The translations under genes and the position numbers were made by a program. Positions 18,593 to 27,882 of a stretch of DNA of 32,622 nt are shown piece by piece. The notes beneath the pieces were generated by a model. The model did no database searches. It was given only the letters and a program-made list of their open reading frames with translations, and had not been told where the DNA came from. The stretch comes from a virus (taxonomy: Duplodnaviria; Caudoviricetes): the IMG/VR virus record IMGVR_UViG_3300027653_000038, positions 1 through 32,622 of that record; one strand, given 5' to 3'. The first letter of the stretch is position 1, and each line of letters opens with the position of its first letter.

Positions 18593-19083
18593 TAGTAACC
18601 ACTGCTCCCATATCCTTTATTTCCACGCACTGTAGTTGGCAGTTCATCTATTTCATATCCTTCAACCATTGGAATTGCCTGTATTACTAATTGTGCTAGT
18701 TTGTCGCCTTTGCGAATGCAATAAGATCCTTCTGTACCACGCTCTGATAACCTACCATCTATTGTACGCACCCAATGCGCCGGACTTCTTCCGATGCGAT
18801 AATTATTATCGACAATGATCCCAATCTCTCCCGTATAATCATTGTCGATCGTTCCAAGCTGCACTCTTAATTTTGTTTTGCTAGTAACACCTGAACGTGG
18901 TCTAACTTGTGCTTCATATCCAATTGGTATATCAATGGCTATACCTGTAGCAATAACTACTGTTTCACCTGGTTCGATCACAATGTCTTCACTTACGAAT
19001 AAATCAAAACCACTATCCCTTGCATGTGCTTTTATTGGTAAAACTGCATCGTCTGTTAATCTTTTAAAACCTACTTTAATCAT
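18592..19083 (-). CDS. dut: Trimeric dUTPase
   Basis: All five motifs present: SGFDL, RPRSG, GTIDNDYTGEI, GDKLAQL and RGNKGYGSSG. Confidence 0.96.
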   Translation of the reverse strand: MIKVGFKRLTDDAVLPIKAHARDSGFDLFVSEDIVIEPGETVVIATGIAIDIPIGYEAQVRPRSGVTSKTKLRVQLGTIDNDYTGEIGIIVDNNYRIGRSPAHWVRTIDGRLSERGTEGSYCIRKGDKLAQLVIQAIPMVEGYEIDELPTTVRGNKGYGSSGY

Positions 19084-19107
19084 TGTTTGAACCCCTTCTC
19101 TAAGCAT

Positions 19108-19314
19108 TTATTTATTACCTGGATCGTACACGTACCGCTTACCTCTATACTCAATCACCGTATCCACATTGCCTTTACGCTTAGTTACCAATACGTTATT
19201 TCCCTTGTGCGATATGTTCATCGTCTCTAATATGTTTCTTAACTTAGGTATCGAAATCGTCTGCTGATTATCCAAGGCTTGTTTAAACTGTTTGCTAGCC
19301 TCATGGTATTTCAT
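19108..19314 (-). CDS. Hypothetical protein
   Basis: Likely start MKYHEASK at 19314, with ATGA overlap with the upstream small ORF. Confidence 0.7.
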   Translation of the reverse strand: MKYHEASKQFKQALDNQQTISIPKLRNILETMNISHKGNNVLVTKRKGNVDTVIEYRGKRYVYDPGNK

Positions 19315-19436
19315 GTCTTCACCATTCTTGTTTTCATTTTCTTGGAAAACAGCTTGAAACAACCAACACACAATAGAGATCCTGTAACTCTGACTTTTCT
19401 ATTTCCGCAATCAAAGCACACCATTTTTCTAGCCAT
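19311..19436 (-). CDS. Small Zn-finger-like protein (41 aa)
   Basis: Not in the track. MARKMVCFDCGNRKVRVTGSLLCVGCFKLFSKKMKTRMVKT* with two CxxC pairs and a GGGGAGG SD. Confidence 0.7.
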   Translation of the reverse strand: MARKMVCFDCGNRKVRVTGSLLCVGCFKLFSKKMKTRMVKT

Positions 19437-19449
19437 TTATATCCTCCCC

Positions 19450-19623
19450 TTAAAAATATTGGTTGCTTTCACTCTCGTAATTTATGTTTTTCATGCGCTC
19501 TATCGTTAATTTATGTCTTAGTTCCTCGTATGATAAATGGTCTAAATCCGTAAACCCTAGCTTATTTAACTGATCCTGGAAATGCGCCATCATGCGTTCT
19601 TCATCTGTTAGGTATAATTTCAT
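19450..19623 (-). CDS. Small hypothetical protein (57 aa)
   Basis: Not in the track. MKLYLTDEERMMAHFQDQLNKLGFTDLDHLSYEELRHKLTIERMKNINYESESNQYF*, ATGA-coupled. Confidence 0.7.
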   Translation of the reverse strand: MKLYLTDEERMMAHFQDQLNKLGFTDLDHLSYEELRHKLTIERMKNINYESESNQYF

Positions 19624-19919
19624 AGTTTTATCCCCAATCCTCGATTTACTATCATTAATACATCGGTCATCATCAACGGCTTATCGTTATCAGGGACATT
19701 ACTTGTTTCAAGATAGATCTTTATATTTTCTAACGCTTTACGATAGCGATCCGCTTCCAGTACGTAATGACCGTATATTTCTTCAACGATTCCTCTTGCC
19801 CCCATCATTGAATCTACTCGATCAATAAGAAACCGTATATCCCCTTGAATATCAGGATCTAGACTTTTCATAGACGAGTAATACTTCTTTATGTTTGCTA
19901 CTCTCTCTTCGTCACTCAT
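19620..19919 (-). CDS. Hypothetical protein
   Basis: Likely start MSDEERV at 19919 with GGAGGGTGA SD. Confidence 0.7.
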   Translation of the reverse strand: MSDEERVANIKKYYSSMKSLDPDIQGDIRFLIDRVDSMMGARGIVEEIYGHYVLEADRYRKALENIKIYLETSNVPDNDKPLMMTDVLMIVNRGLGIKL

Positions 19920-20199
19920 TTGAATCACCCTCCAATGCTTCGCTTGTAACATCAACGACAAAATGTGAATTCGTACCTATGGAAGCTTTTATATCCCGCC
20001 AAGCAACATTGTTTAATAGATTTATCGCTTCACGGTAGTGCTCGATTTCTTTTTCTAGCTCCGGAACTCGTTCAACTTGTTCGAATAATTTAGTTAGTAC
20101 TGTTAAGGAAATTTCTACTGCTTCATTACCGTTTTCATTAATGAACACAGTTGCACTTTCTAGTTGTTTCTTTTTGTCCTCTACCCATTCTTTACTCAC
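19912..20199 (-). CDS. Hypothetical protein
   Basis: 95 aa ORF coupled to both neighbours. Confidence 0.7.
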   Translation of the reverse strand: MSKEWVEDKKKQLESATVFINENGNEAVEISLTVLTKLFEQVERVPELEKEIEHYREAINLLNNVAWRDIKASIGTNSHFVVDVTSEALEGDSNE

Positions 20200-20405
20200 T
20201 CTGATTCACTCTCCATTCCCACGATTTCTAGCAATGGTATTCTGCTAGGCGTTATCCTAATGTCATTGCCGTTAACATCTCGAAAATGAAGATAACCATT
20301 CTCTTTTTTTATGTTATTGAGATCACTTAAAATAGTTTCTTTTCTTTCTAAAATTTCATAATCAAATTTAGCACCGTCAAATATAACTGTGATTCTTGTT
20401 TTCAT
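20196..20405 (-). CDS. Hypothetical protein
   Basis: 69 aa ORF coupled to both neighbours. Confidence 0.7.
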   Translation of the reverse strand: MKTRITVIFDGAKFDYEILERKETILSDLNNIKKENGYLHFRDVNGNDIRITPSRIPLLEIVGMESESE

Positions 20406-20851
20406 TCCGATTCCTCCAGCACACTTTCTAATCCATCAATTGCATACTCTAATCCATCAACATGCCCCAGACTATAGCTATTAGTGTCAAAACTAATATA
20501 TCGTTTTTCCTCATTCGAGACGTTTATCAAATCCATTAAAAACTTATTTACCTCTTCACGAAATCGCTTGTTCTTTATTCGTAGGTTTAGTGCTTCTATG
20601 TGACTATCCGCAAGATTATCGTCATATTCTTTTTTTGATTCCCGCAGTCGCTTATTTTTGAGTATACTTATTTCCTTTTGTGCGTTGTAATAAGCGACTG
20701 ATAGCTCAGATATTGAATCTTCCATCTCCGCAACAGTCTCCTTGTGATGCACATTCAACCGCTCATACTCTCCCTGAAGAACCGCATAACCTTCCTTCAA
20801 ATCCTTATACATGACTTCATATACTTGTTCGCCTGTACTTTGTTTACTCAT
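20402..20851 (-). CDS. Hypothetical coiled-coil protein
   Basis: 149 aa ORF with GGAGG SD. Confidence 0.7.
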   Translation of the reverse strand: MSKQSTGEQVYEVMYKDLKEGYAVLQGEYERLNVHHKETVAEMEDSISELSVAYYNAQKEISILKNKRLRESKKEYDDNLADSHIEALNLRIKNKRFREEVNKFLMDLINVSNEEKRYISFDTNSYSLGHVDGLEYAIDGLESVLEESE

Positions 20852-20862
20852 TTTCCGCCCTC

Positions 20863-22536
20863 CTAAAATAAAAGTTTATTAACCTCACGTATATACCAAT
20901 TCAAGTCGATTCTACGTTTGTTAATTTCACTAATTGGACCATTATGAATAAAACTTCTTTCACTGGTATAAGGTGTTTTAACATATTGTTTTTCACGTGC
21001 ATTTTTAACTCGATAGATTGCCCCATCCATATCACTCCTGGATGCAAATACTCTATTTACCTGTTCTATTGGTTCAAATGAACTTGTATATGTTCCCTCG
21101 AACAGCGTACCGTCTTTAATCTCACGTGCCATACCATCGAATGATCCAGACTTTACTATTGATTGGAACTTTTCAAGTTCATCATTTTTATATGCTTCCA
21201 TGATTGTTCGATTTGGCTTAGTTCCTTTTAGAAAATAAATAACTAATGCTCTATCAATGATCGATATGCTATTTCGTTCAAAGTCTCCGCCTTCATATTT
21301 GGAAAATATTCCACGAGCTATGATCTTGTCATCTTCAACCATCTGCATCACATAATTGTTTACATCACGTTGAGCAATCTTTTTTATATAATCAATATCA
21401 AGATCAAGTCCATAATGACTTCCAAACAATTCGATAACCTTTAATATGGAAGGCTTCATATGGTCCTCATACTTGATGATTAATCCATCTGTATTTGATT
21501 GAATCAACTCACAAAAATTACTTAATAGTAATATCAGATGAGTTAGGATCAACTGTCCATTAACAGTCACTGTGTTGGCTCCTTGTGGATTGTAGAAATC
21601 ACTGTATTTATTTTTCATGGAACCATAAACGCTGTTCAACAAAACCTTGTAAACTTCTTCTTTATCGTCTTTTTTATGTTTTAATTTCATCCTGGTATCG
21701 TATATCTTTTGATAGTCTGATAGATTGTCGATCAATTTATTATTTAAGATAAGCGTTGGATAGTAACTACTTATATCAATTTGCATGTAATTGCCTGTGC
21801 CTTTGTAATTTTCCTTAGCTGCATGTAATCCACCAAAACCATAGAGATGATCTAATCCATTTAAACGATACATAAACCTTTCTTTTTCAAGTGCTTGAAA
21901 ACCTTGGCCACTTTCATATTGCTTCATTAAACTTTTATAGAAGTTAATAACCTCTATTGGCAACTCATCCACATTGATGCGTTTATCAAGATTTATATTA
22001 AGTCGATCCTTATCTGTTTTAGGTTTTGACTTAAGGACTTGTGCTGCTAAACTTGCACGTGTCTTCTTTACATTTTCAGCAGTTAAATTGAACTCTTTTA
22101 CAATCCGGAACTTACTAGCAAAATAACTTTCTCTTTTTGTAAAAATATCTTTAATCGTTTTTACCTGGTTCAGAAGTAACTCATTAATATGTTTGTTGTC
22201 TATCTCCTGGAGCATGTTCGCTTGTGCTTCTTCAATTTCTAATTTCCTTATTTCTTGGCCAACATCAATTGTTATAGGGTTTTGAATAGCCAATCTAAAG
22301 CGTTCATTACTTTTTATTTTTTTGTAAGAATCCTTTATATCTAAATCTCGCAATATAGAAGCAAGTATTTTGTCATCAAACTGGTAATTATTAAAGCCGA
22401 CTAGGTAGTTTATTTTAGACAAAAGGCGCTCTAAAGCGCCCTTGTCATTTTTAATAAGTGCCTCTTTATTGTCCTGGTCAATAAATAATGCGTACCAATT
22501 GTTTTCAATAACTTCTACTTTATAAAAAGTAAACAT
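20863..22536 (-). CDS. Family B-like DNA polymerase with degenerate 3'-5' exonuclease domain
   Basis: Motif A DISSYYP, motif B KVLLNSVYG, motif C SNTDG, and upstream FGGLH. Confidence 0.88.
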   Translation of the reverse strand: MFTFYKVEVIENNWYALFIDQDNKEALIKNDKGALERLLSKINYLVGFNNYQFDDKILASILRDLDIKDSYKKIKSNERFRLAIQNPITIDVGQEIRKLEIEEAQANMLQEIDNKHINELLLNQVKTIKDIFTKRESYFASKFRIVKEFNLTAENVKKTRASLAAQVLKSKPKTDKDRLNINLDKRINVDELPIEVINFYKSLMKQYESGQGFQALEKERFMYRLNGLDHLYGFGGLHAAKENYKGTGNYMQIDISSYYPTLILNNKLIDNLSDYQKIYDTRMKLKHKKDDKEEVYKVLLNSVYGSMKNKYSDFYNPQGANTVTVNGQLILTHLILLLSNFCELIQSNTDGLIIKYEDHMKPSILKVIELFGSHYGLDLDIDYIKKIAQRDVNNYVMQMVEDDKIIARGIFSKYEGGDFERNSISIIDRALVIYFLKGTKPNRTIMEAYKNDELEKFQSIVKSGSFDGMAREIKDGTLFEGTYTSSFEPIEQVNRVFASRSDMDGAIYRVKNAREKQYVKTPYTSERSFIHNGPISEINKRRIDLNWYIREVNKLLF

Positions 22537-22985
22537 TATTCAAACTGTGGTTCATCGGCAATAAAGTTTTGACCACTCTTACCAGTCTTTTTGTTTTCCC
22601 AGTTTGTTAATTTGAGATCAACTTCCATACCCAATCCATCTTGAAATGCTTCTACTAGACTTGTTTCAGGTGTCTCAAAGTCATCTGCTGATAGTTCTAC
22701 TCCGACCGCTCCAGCTACTCTTAAAGCTAGTTTGATGTTCATATTCAAGAAACGTTCATTATTGAAACTGATCATTCCAAAGAACTTTTTCCCTTCAAAA
22801 CCTTCCGATAGTATTTCATACTGGAGTGACAACCATTCGAAACCACTGTCACTCGTTCTCCACTCAACGTTTTCAAGTAGTGCTTCATACGTACCTTCTG
22901 GTAAATCTTCAAAGTCACTTACTGCACCTTTCTTTACATCAAAACCATCTGCTAAAATTTGCGCTGCTGCATCCATTAAACTCAT
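22536..22985 (-). CDS. DUF669-like putative ssDNA-binding protein
   Basis: FEDLPEGTYEALLENVEWRTS.SG pattern, acidic, near the AAA ATPase. Confidence 0.75.
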   Translation of the reverse strand: MSLMDAAAQILADGFDVKKGAVSDFEDLPEGTYEALLENVEWRTSDSGFEWLSLQYEILSEGFEGKKFFGMISFNNERFLNMNIKLALRVAGAVGVELSADDFETPETSLVEAFQDGLGMEVDLKLTNWENKKTGKSGQNFIADEPQFE

Positions 22986-23015
22986 TATTAATCATCCTTT
23001 TCATATGTTTTATTG

Positions 23016-23294
23016 TTATTTTTTTGATTGTAAATCTCTAGCACACATTGGACAAAAACTAATTTGCCTTTTCATTATTAAACCATTGTTTCTAAACATT
23101 ACTTTTCCATCTTTTGATACGTCTTTAGATTGAATAACTAAAAAGTATTTCCTTTTATTGTTCTTTTCCCGATAAATTTTGAATACATTTCGTTTGTATC
23201 TACCTACATCTGCATATCTTCGCATTAAATATTTGTCTATATTTAATGGTTTACGACGACCATGTTTATTAGGTGTACAGTATCTACAGGTCAT
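23016..23294 (-). CDS. Basic Zn-binding hypothetical protein
   Basis: N-terminal CRYC and C-terminal FCPMCAR. Confidence 0.7.
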   Translation of the reverse strand: MTCRYCTPNKHGRRKPLNIDKYLMRRYADVGRYKRNVFKIYREKNNKRKYFLVIQSKDVSKDGKVMFRNNGLIMKRQISFCPMCARDLQSKK

Positions 23295-24251
23295 TTATTT
23301 AGTCGCTACCCTTCTACGTCTGCGCCTTGGTGCTGGTGCAGGCACTTCTTCAGTAACTTCTTTTGCTATTTCTTGAACCTTTTCTTCTACTGGTTTCGCT
23401 TCATTATTTTCATTACCAACAGGTGAAGGCTTGTCCTTTTTATCGACTTTAATATCTTGTTCACGCTCTTTTTGTTTAGCGACTTTCTCAACCTGTTGCT
23501 GTTTTTCTTCCTCGCTTACAATTGCTTCCTGTTCTTTTTTAGATGTTTTTTGTGAACGATCATAAGCACCGGATACTGTATCAAGTAAATTCTGAATAAC
23601 TTCATCATCAACTTTGTCTCGTTCATAGTTCTTTCGTTTATCCACTGCTCTACGAATGTAGTTCTTTCCAACCTTTCTACATAGGATCGTATAGTCACTA
23701 TTACCATTCACGATGTTCATCCATTTCAATTTGAGTGACGGAACATATCTTTCAACATCATTTTCAACAATTGTGTTTAAACGTGACAGGTAAAGGACAT
23801 TCATGTTCGTTTTCATCGTCAATTCTTTAAGTCTCATTACAAACACTCGGACCATCATCTCTAACATTTGGTGACCCTTCCCCCAGGCAATGTCACTAAC
23901 TGATTTAACTCCTTCTGATTCCGTTATTTCCTGTTCAAACAATGTAACAACATCATCAATCACATCAATTACAACTGTTTCGTACGTGTGCTTTCCTGCT
24001 TCTAACTCCGTGATAGCCTTGATCAACAACTCACTGGCTGGTGTGGTGATATCACCTTTCGGACCACGTTCATTTCTGATAGTGATGGACGGTGTTTCAA
24101 TCATTTCAGCATTACCATCTGTATTTAGATTTAATGGATTAGGGAACTGATCTGCAAAGTATGTCTTTCCGTGCATTGTTCCGCCGAAAATAACAAAGTT
24201 ACGTGGTATTTCTTTAGCTACTTTTCGTTCATTTTTAGGTAAGATTGACAT
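23295..24251 (-). CDS. AAA-family ATPase (Sak4-like / AAA_24 phage recombination NTPase)
   Basis: Walker A GGTMHGKT, NTDGN and Walker B TVVIDVID. ATG 24251 has a GAGGAGG SD. Confidence 0.85.
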   Translation of the reverse strand: MSILPKNERKVAKEIPRNFVIFGGTMHGKTYFADQFPNPLNLNTDGNAEMIETPSITIRNERGPKGDITTPASELLIKAITELEAGKHTYETVVIDVIDDVVTLFEQEITESEGVKSVSDIAWGKGHQMLEMMVRVFVMRLKELTMKTNMNVLYLSRLNTIVENDVERYVPSLKLKWMNIVNGNSDYTILCRKVGKNYIRRAVDKRKNYERDKVDDEVIQNLLDTVSGAYDRSQKTSKKEQEAIVSEEEKQQQVEKVAKQKEREQDIKVDKKDKPSPVGNENNEAKPVEEKVQEIAKEVTEEVPAPAPRRRRRRVATK

Positions 24252-24255
24252 AGCT

Positions 24256-25818
24256 TTATTCCTCCTCAATAATTTTGAACTGAATCTCTTCATGTTTCAT
24301 AAATTCTTCAAGTGCATCAAGTTGAGATTCTGTTCCAATTACTTCATATACTTCAAGAAATTCCTCAACTGGTTCAGATACAACCGCCTTAGCTTGTTCA
24401 GATGCTTTAGATTTTTGTTCCTGTTCATACTGTGCTTTCATTTTCTCTGCACCAGCGATACGCTTTGCTTCAAGTTCCTTCTCTTCTCTCTCTAATTCTT
24501 GTTGTCTACGCTCAAGTACAACTTGTGAATCCTTATCTATCACTTCTCTTATTTCTTCAATTGTTTTATGTGCTGCTAGGTTCAGATAACTACCATCAAG
24601 TAAATTTAATTCATTCCTTAGATTTACGATTTCAACATGTGCCTTGATCAAATCAATATTCTGTTGTTCATTTTGTTTTTGCGTGATAATATCGTTTGCC
24701 TGTTCGTGCATATCTTCTTCAATCGATTTCAAAGTCGTAGATTTATTTAAGTATCGATCTTCTATTGTAATAAGATCCGCTATTTCTTCAGTGATACTCA
24801 AATCTGCAATTACCTGGTCCTTGATTTCCTCAACACGCTTTAACTTTTCTTCACGTTGTTCTTTATCAAACTCTTTCGACTGTTCGAGAAGTGGATTAAT
24901 GACTGAGTCAAACTTTACATTCAACGTTTTACATTGTTCTTCAAATGCTTTAACTGGTTCATTTAACTGTTTTTTTGTTTTGATGCGATACTGATCAACT
25001 AATGTTTTACCTTTTCTAAGTTCAGCAACCACCCGATTACATTCAGCTGCTTCTTTATTCGTAAAGGTAAGGCCTTGATATCTTTTAAGGTTTCCATCTA
25101 ATTGTTTCTCAATTTCTTCATAATTAAATTCAATTACAGCTGGTTCGAACTTTGTTGTTTTAACCTGTAATTCATTCGCCATTTTCCTTTTCCCTCCAGG
25201 TATAATACTTTCTGGTAAGCAATTGTTATAATCCCATTCACTAGCACCATGGTTTTTTTCTAACCACTCGCACCTTTTCCAGAAGAGCTCAATTTCATGT
25301 AGCATAATTTCGATAAAATAATCATCACGTTTTACATAGAATGAATCGAAATTGTCACTATCAAACTCTAAATTAAAGTCTTGTGGTCTTTGATAGAGTG
25401 CTAGTAAGGCCTGGTCTAAATCACTTTGAAACATATACAGTTGCATTTGTGCTTTGTATATTTCAATTGTTGGTGTCATACCATGTGTTTTAATTTCAAG
25501 AAGTGTTTTAGCTGCATGATCCACACCATCGGTATTACTTCTTAGTCCACGTTCTTCACATACTGTTGATGTTTCCACGAATTCATAATCAGTTGTTAGA
25601 TTGATATACTCTCTTATTTGTGGCTCCATGGCATGTCCGTATTGTGTATATTCATTACCTTTAAAATCCGACTTAGTGATACCTACTTTTTCAGATGCTA
25701 GTTCAAATTGGTTCTTGAATTTACTTAGACCAAGAATGACTGGAACATCTGAACCACCAACATATATGTTTCTGTTTTCTGTTACGTTTGGTTCATTCCT
25801 TTGGAGTAGGTGGGTCAT
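24256..25818 (-). CDS. YqaJ/lambda-exonuclease-like nuclease fused to a DUF1351-like coiled-coil protein
   Basis: N-terminal half GGSD..ILG.SKFK...GHAME...SNTDG...LEIKT...QMQLYM. C-terminal half begins MANELQVKT...IEFNYEE. Confidence 0.82.
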   Translation of the reverse strand: MTHLLQRNEPNVTENRNIYVGGSDVPVILGLSKFKNQFELASEKVGITKSDFKGNEYTQYGHAMEPQIREYINLTTDYEFVETSTVCEERGLRSNTDGVDHAAKTLLEIKTHGMTPTIEIYKAQMQLYMFQSDLDQALLALYQRPQDFNLEFDSDNFDSFYVKRDDYFIEIMLHEIELFWKRCEWLEKNHGASEWDYNNCLPESIIPGGKRKMANELQVKTTKFEPAVIEFNYEEIEKQLDGNLKRYQGLTFTNKEAAECNRVVAELRKGKTLVDQYRIKTKKQLNEPVKAFEEQCKTLNVKFDSVINPLLEQSKEFDKEQREEKLKRVEEIKDQVIADLSITEEIADLITIEDRYLNKSTTLKSIEEDMHEQANDIITQKQNEQQNIDLIKAHVEIVNLRNELNLLDGSYLNLAAHKTIEEIREVIDKDSQVVLERRQQELEREEKELEAKRIAGAEKMKAQYEQEQKSKASEQAKAVVSEPVEEFLEVYEVIGTESQLDALEEFMKHEEIQFKIIEEE

Positions 25819-26075
25819 ACCTCAATCACTCCGTCCCACTCGTCCAGGTCTAGATATACATCTATTTCACCTTCACAATTTAAAGATTGATGACAACTAA
25901 CAATCCAATTTTGTAATCCGTCCCTTAGTTCTTTTAGTGTTAAGAATTGCTTTTCAAAATATGTTGACCGTTCATTATCAACGGCTAATATCGCTAGATG
26001 TTTACCGTTTTTAATGCTGTCCACTGACAACGCGTAAGCTTGATCATTTACCATTACTGATTTAATAACCTTCAT
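25815..26075 (-). CDS. Hypothetical protein
   Basis: 86 aa ORF with ATGA overlaps. Confidence 0.7.
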   Translation of the reverse strand: MKVIKSVMVNDQAYALSVDSIKNGKHLAILAVDNERSTYFEKQFLTLKELRDGLQNWIVSCHQSLNCEGEIDVYLDLDEWDGVIEV

Positions 26076-27283
26076 GTCCTAACCACCTTTTTAAACAGTT
26101 CTTCTGTGAAGTCTTCTTTTCGATCGAGTGCTGCATATACCGCTTCTTCAATAGAATCTTCGGTATTGTAATGATAGATCGTCACCTTGTTCTTATTCCC
26201 ATGCCTTACTGCTCGTCCAAGTGCTTGCGTATGATCGATATACGAATAAGATGGTGTGTATATAATTACTTGACTACAATACTGTAATTCAATGGCTGCA
26301 CTACCAGATTGATACTGTGCTATGGTAATGCTGTTATTTAGTTCTTCTCTTTCATTCTTAGATGGTAAATTGAAATCTTGACCACTTACTTCATACAATT
26401 TCTTCTTTAACTTCTTGGCTAACTTGACCAATGAATCACGTTCTTTTTTAAAATTATAGAAGATCAATATATTTTCATTTGTTCCCTCCGCTAACATTTC
26501 AGTGTATTTAAGCTTGTCCTGTTGGTTAGCATGAAACCTAAGTCCAGCTTGCAGTTTGGGATGGGTATCAAACAAGACCAATTCACCATCGATCTCAAGA
26601 ACACGATCTTTTTCAAGTTTGTTATAATCCGACGACTTCTTGAAGTTAATCAATTTAGTTTGCGTATCTGGTAAATCTACGAAATATGTTGTTGGTTTTT
26701 TAACACTGAATGAATTAAATTTTTCTTTTAAATCTTCTTTGTTTGTCCAGTCAACTGGTTTCTTTATAACTCGATCACCTAAATATAAGTCTCCATAAAT
26801 GGCATGTTGTTTTAAAAACTGTGTTTTGTTTTTATAAAAATCCCACATAATAAAGTAATTTATTGTATCTTCCCAACTAGCACTGGATGTTGCCGTCAAT
26901 AAAACAAAATCAGTAGCGTGTCTTGTTAAATGCATTGCAGCCTTTCCGCGTTTACTAGTGGGGTTTTTCACCAAATGCGCTTCATCTATGATCACAAAAT
27001 AACCTTTAAAGTCTTGCCAACTTTTAGCTAACATACCAACTGACAACTGCTCAAATTCAATAGTTATATTTTCCGCTTGTTCAACCACTTTAATCTCATC
27101 TATCCACTCACCAGTCTTTAACTTTGCTGGTGGCATTATGATTAATAATGGTTCACCATTTGAATGTTTCAAATAATGATAGATTGATATTAAGGTCTTG
27201 CCGCTTGATGTACCTAGTTCATATAAAAATGATGATTCTGCTTCATTTAATACTTTTTGTTGTGTTGGATAAAGAATTGTCAT
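26072..27283 (-). CDS. SF2 (SNF2-like DEAH) helicase
   Basis: SSGKT, IIDEAH, LTAT and QALGRAVRHG motifs. Confidence 0.92.
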   Translation of the reverse strand: MTILYPTQQKVLNEAESSFLYELGTSSGKTLISIYHYLKHSNGEPLLIIMPPAKLKTGEWIDEIKVVEQAENITIEFEQLSVGMLAKSWQDFKGYFVIIDEAHLVKNPTSKRGKAAMHLTRHATDFVLLTATSSASWEDTINYFIMWDFYKNKTQFLKQHAIYGDLYLGDRVIKKPVDWTNKEDLKEKFNSFSVKKPTTYFVDLPDTQTKLINFKKSSDYNKLEKDRVLEIDGELVLFDTHPKLQAGLRFHANQQDKLKYTEMLAEGTNENILIFYNFKKERDSLVKLAKKLKKKLYEVSGQDFNLPSKNEREELNNSITIAQYQSGSAAIELQYCSQVIIYTPSYSYIDHTQALGRAVRHGNKNKVTIYHYNTEDSIEEAVYAALDRKEDFTEELFKKVVRT

Positions 27284-27882
27284 AAATAACTAGCCACCAA
27301 CCTTTTTGGATCCGTGCCTTTTTCCCTAATTGTTTTTGTCAATGTTGAATAAGGTACGTCTATTTTATTACTCCAATCTTTTAAACATTTAGTTTCATTA
27401 TTTATCGTTATCATGATGTTGTTACTCTTGTTTCTTGCTTGTTCTTTTCTTGTTGCCCACTTACAATTACTTGGTTCATAATCTCCATCTACATCAATTC
27501 TTTCTATACTTAAACTGTCGTCATATCCATTATTGACAGCCCATTCATAAAACTTTGATGGATCACCGAACCATTCTTCACACATTTCAATTCCTCTTGC
27601 TCCATATCGTGTGTATGACTCTTGATTAGGGTTATAACATCTGCTTTTTATACCATAATAAATACGTTCTATTCTTGAATTTGAAAATCCATGTTTTAGT
27701 AACCTATTACGGCATGTTTTTTTACGTAGGCAACCGCAATTAGTAGATCTTCCGGATTTTAAGTCATTAAAATTAACATTTCTAGAAGTTCCGCACTCAC
27801 AACGACACTTAACAAATGGCACGTATTGTTGTTTAATAATATTTCCAACAATCTCCCAACTGCCAAACTTTTCACCAATCAA
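27280..27882 (-). CDS. Free-standing HNH-like (homing-type) endonuclease
   Basis: CRCECG...NCGC N-terminus and RCYNP...YGARGI..CEEW...SIERIDVDGDYEPSNCKWAT..EQARN. Confidence 0.8.
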   Translation of the reverse strand: MIGEKFGSWEIVGNIIKQQYVPFVKCRCECGTSRNVNFNDLKSGRSTNCGCLRKKTCRNRLLKHGFSNSRIERIYYGIKSRCYNPNQESYTRYGARGIEMCEEWFGDPSKFYEWAVNNGYDDSLSIERIDVDGDYEPSNCKWATRKEQARNKSNNIMITINNETKCLKDWSNKIDVPYSTLTKTIREKGTDPKRLVASYL

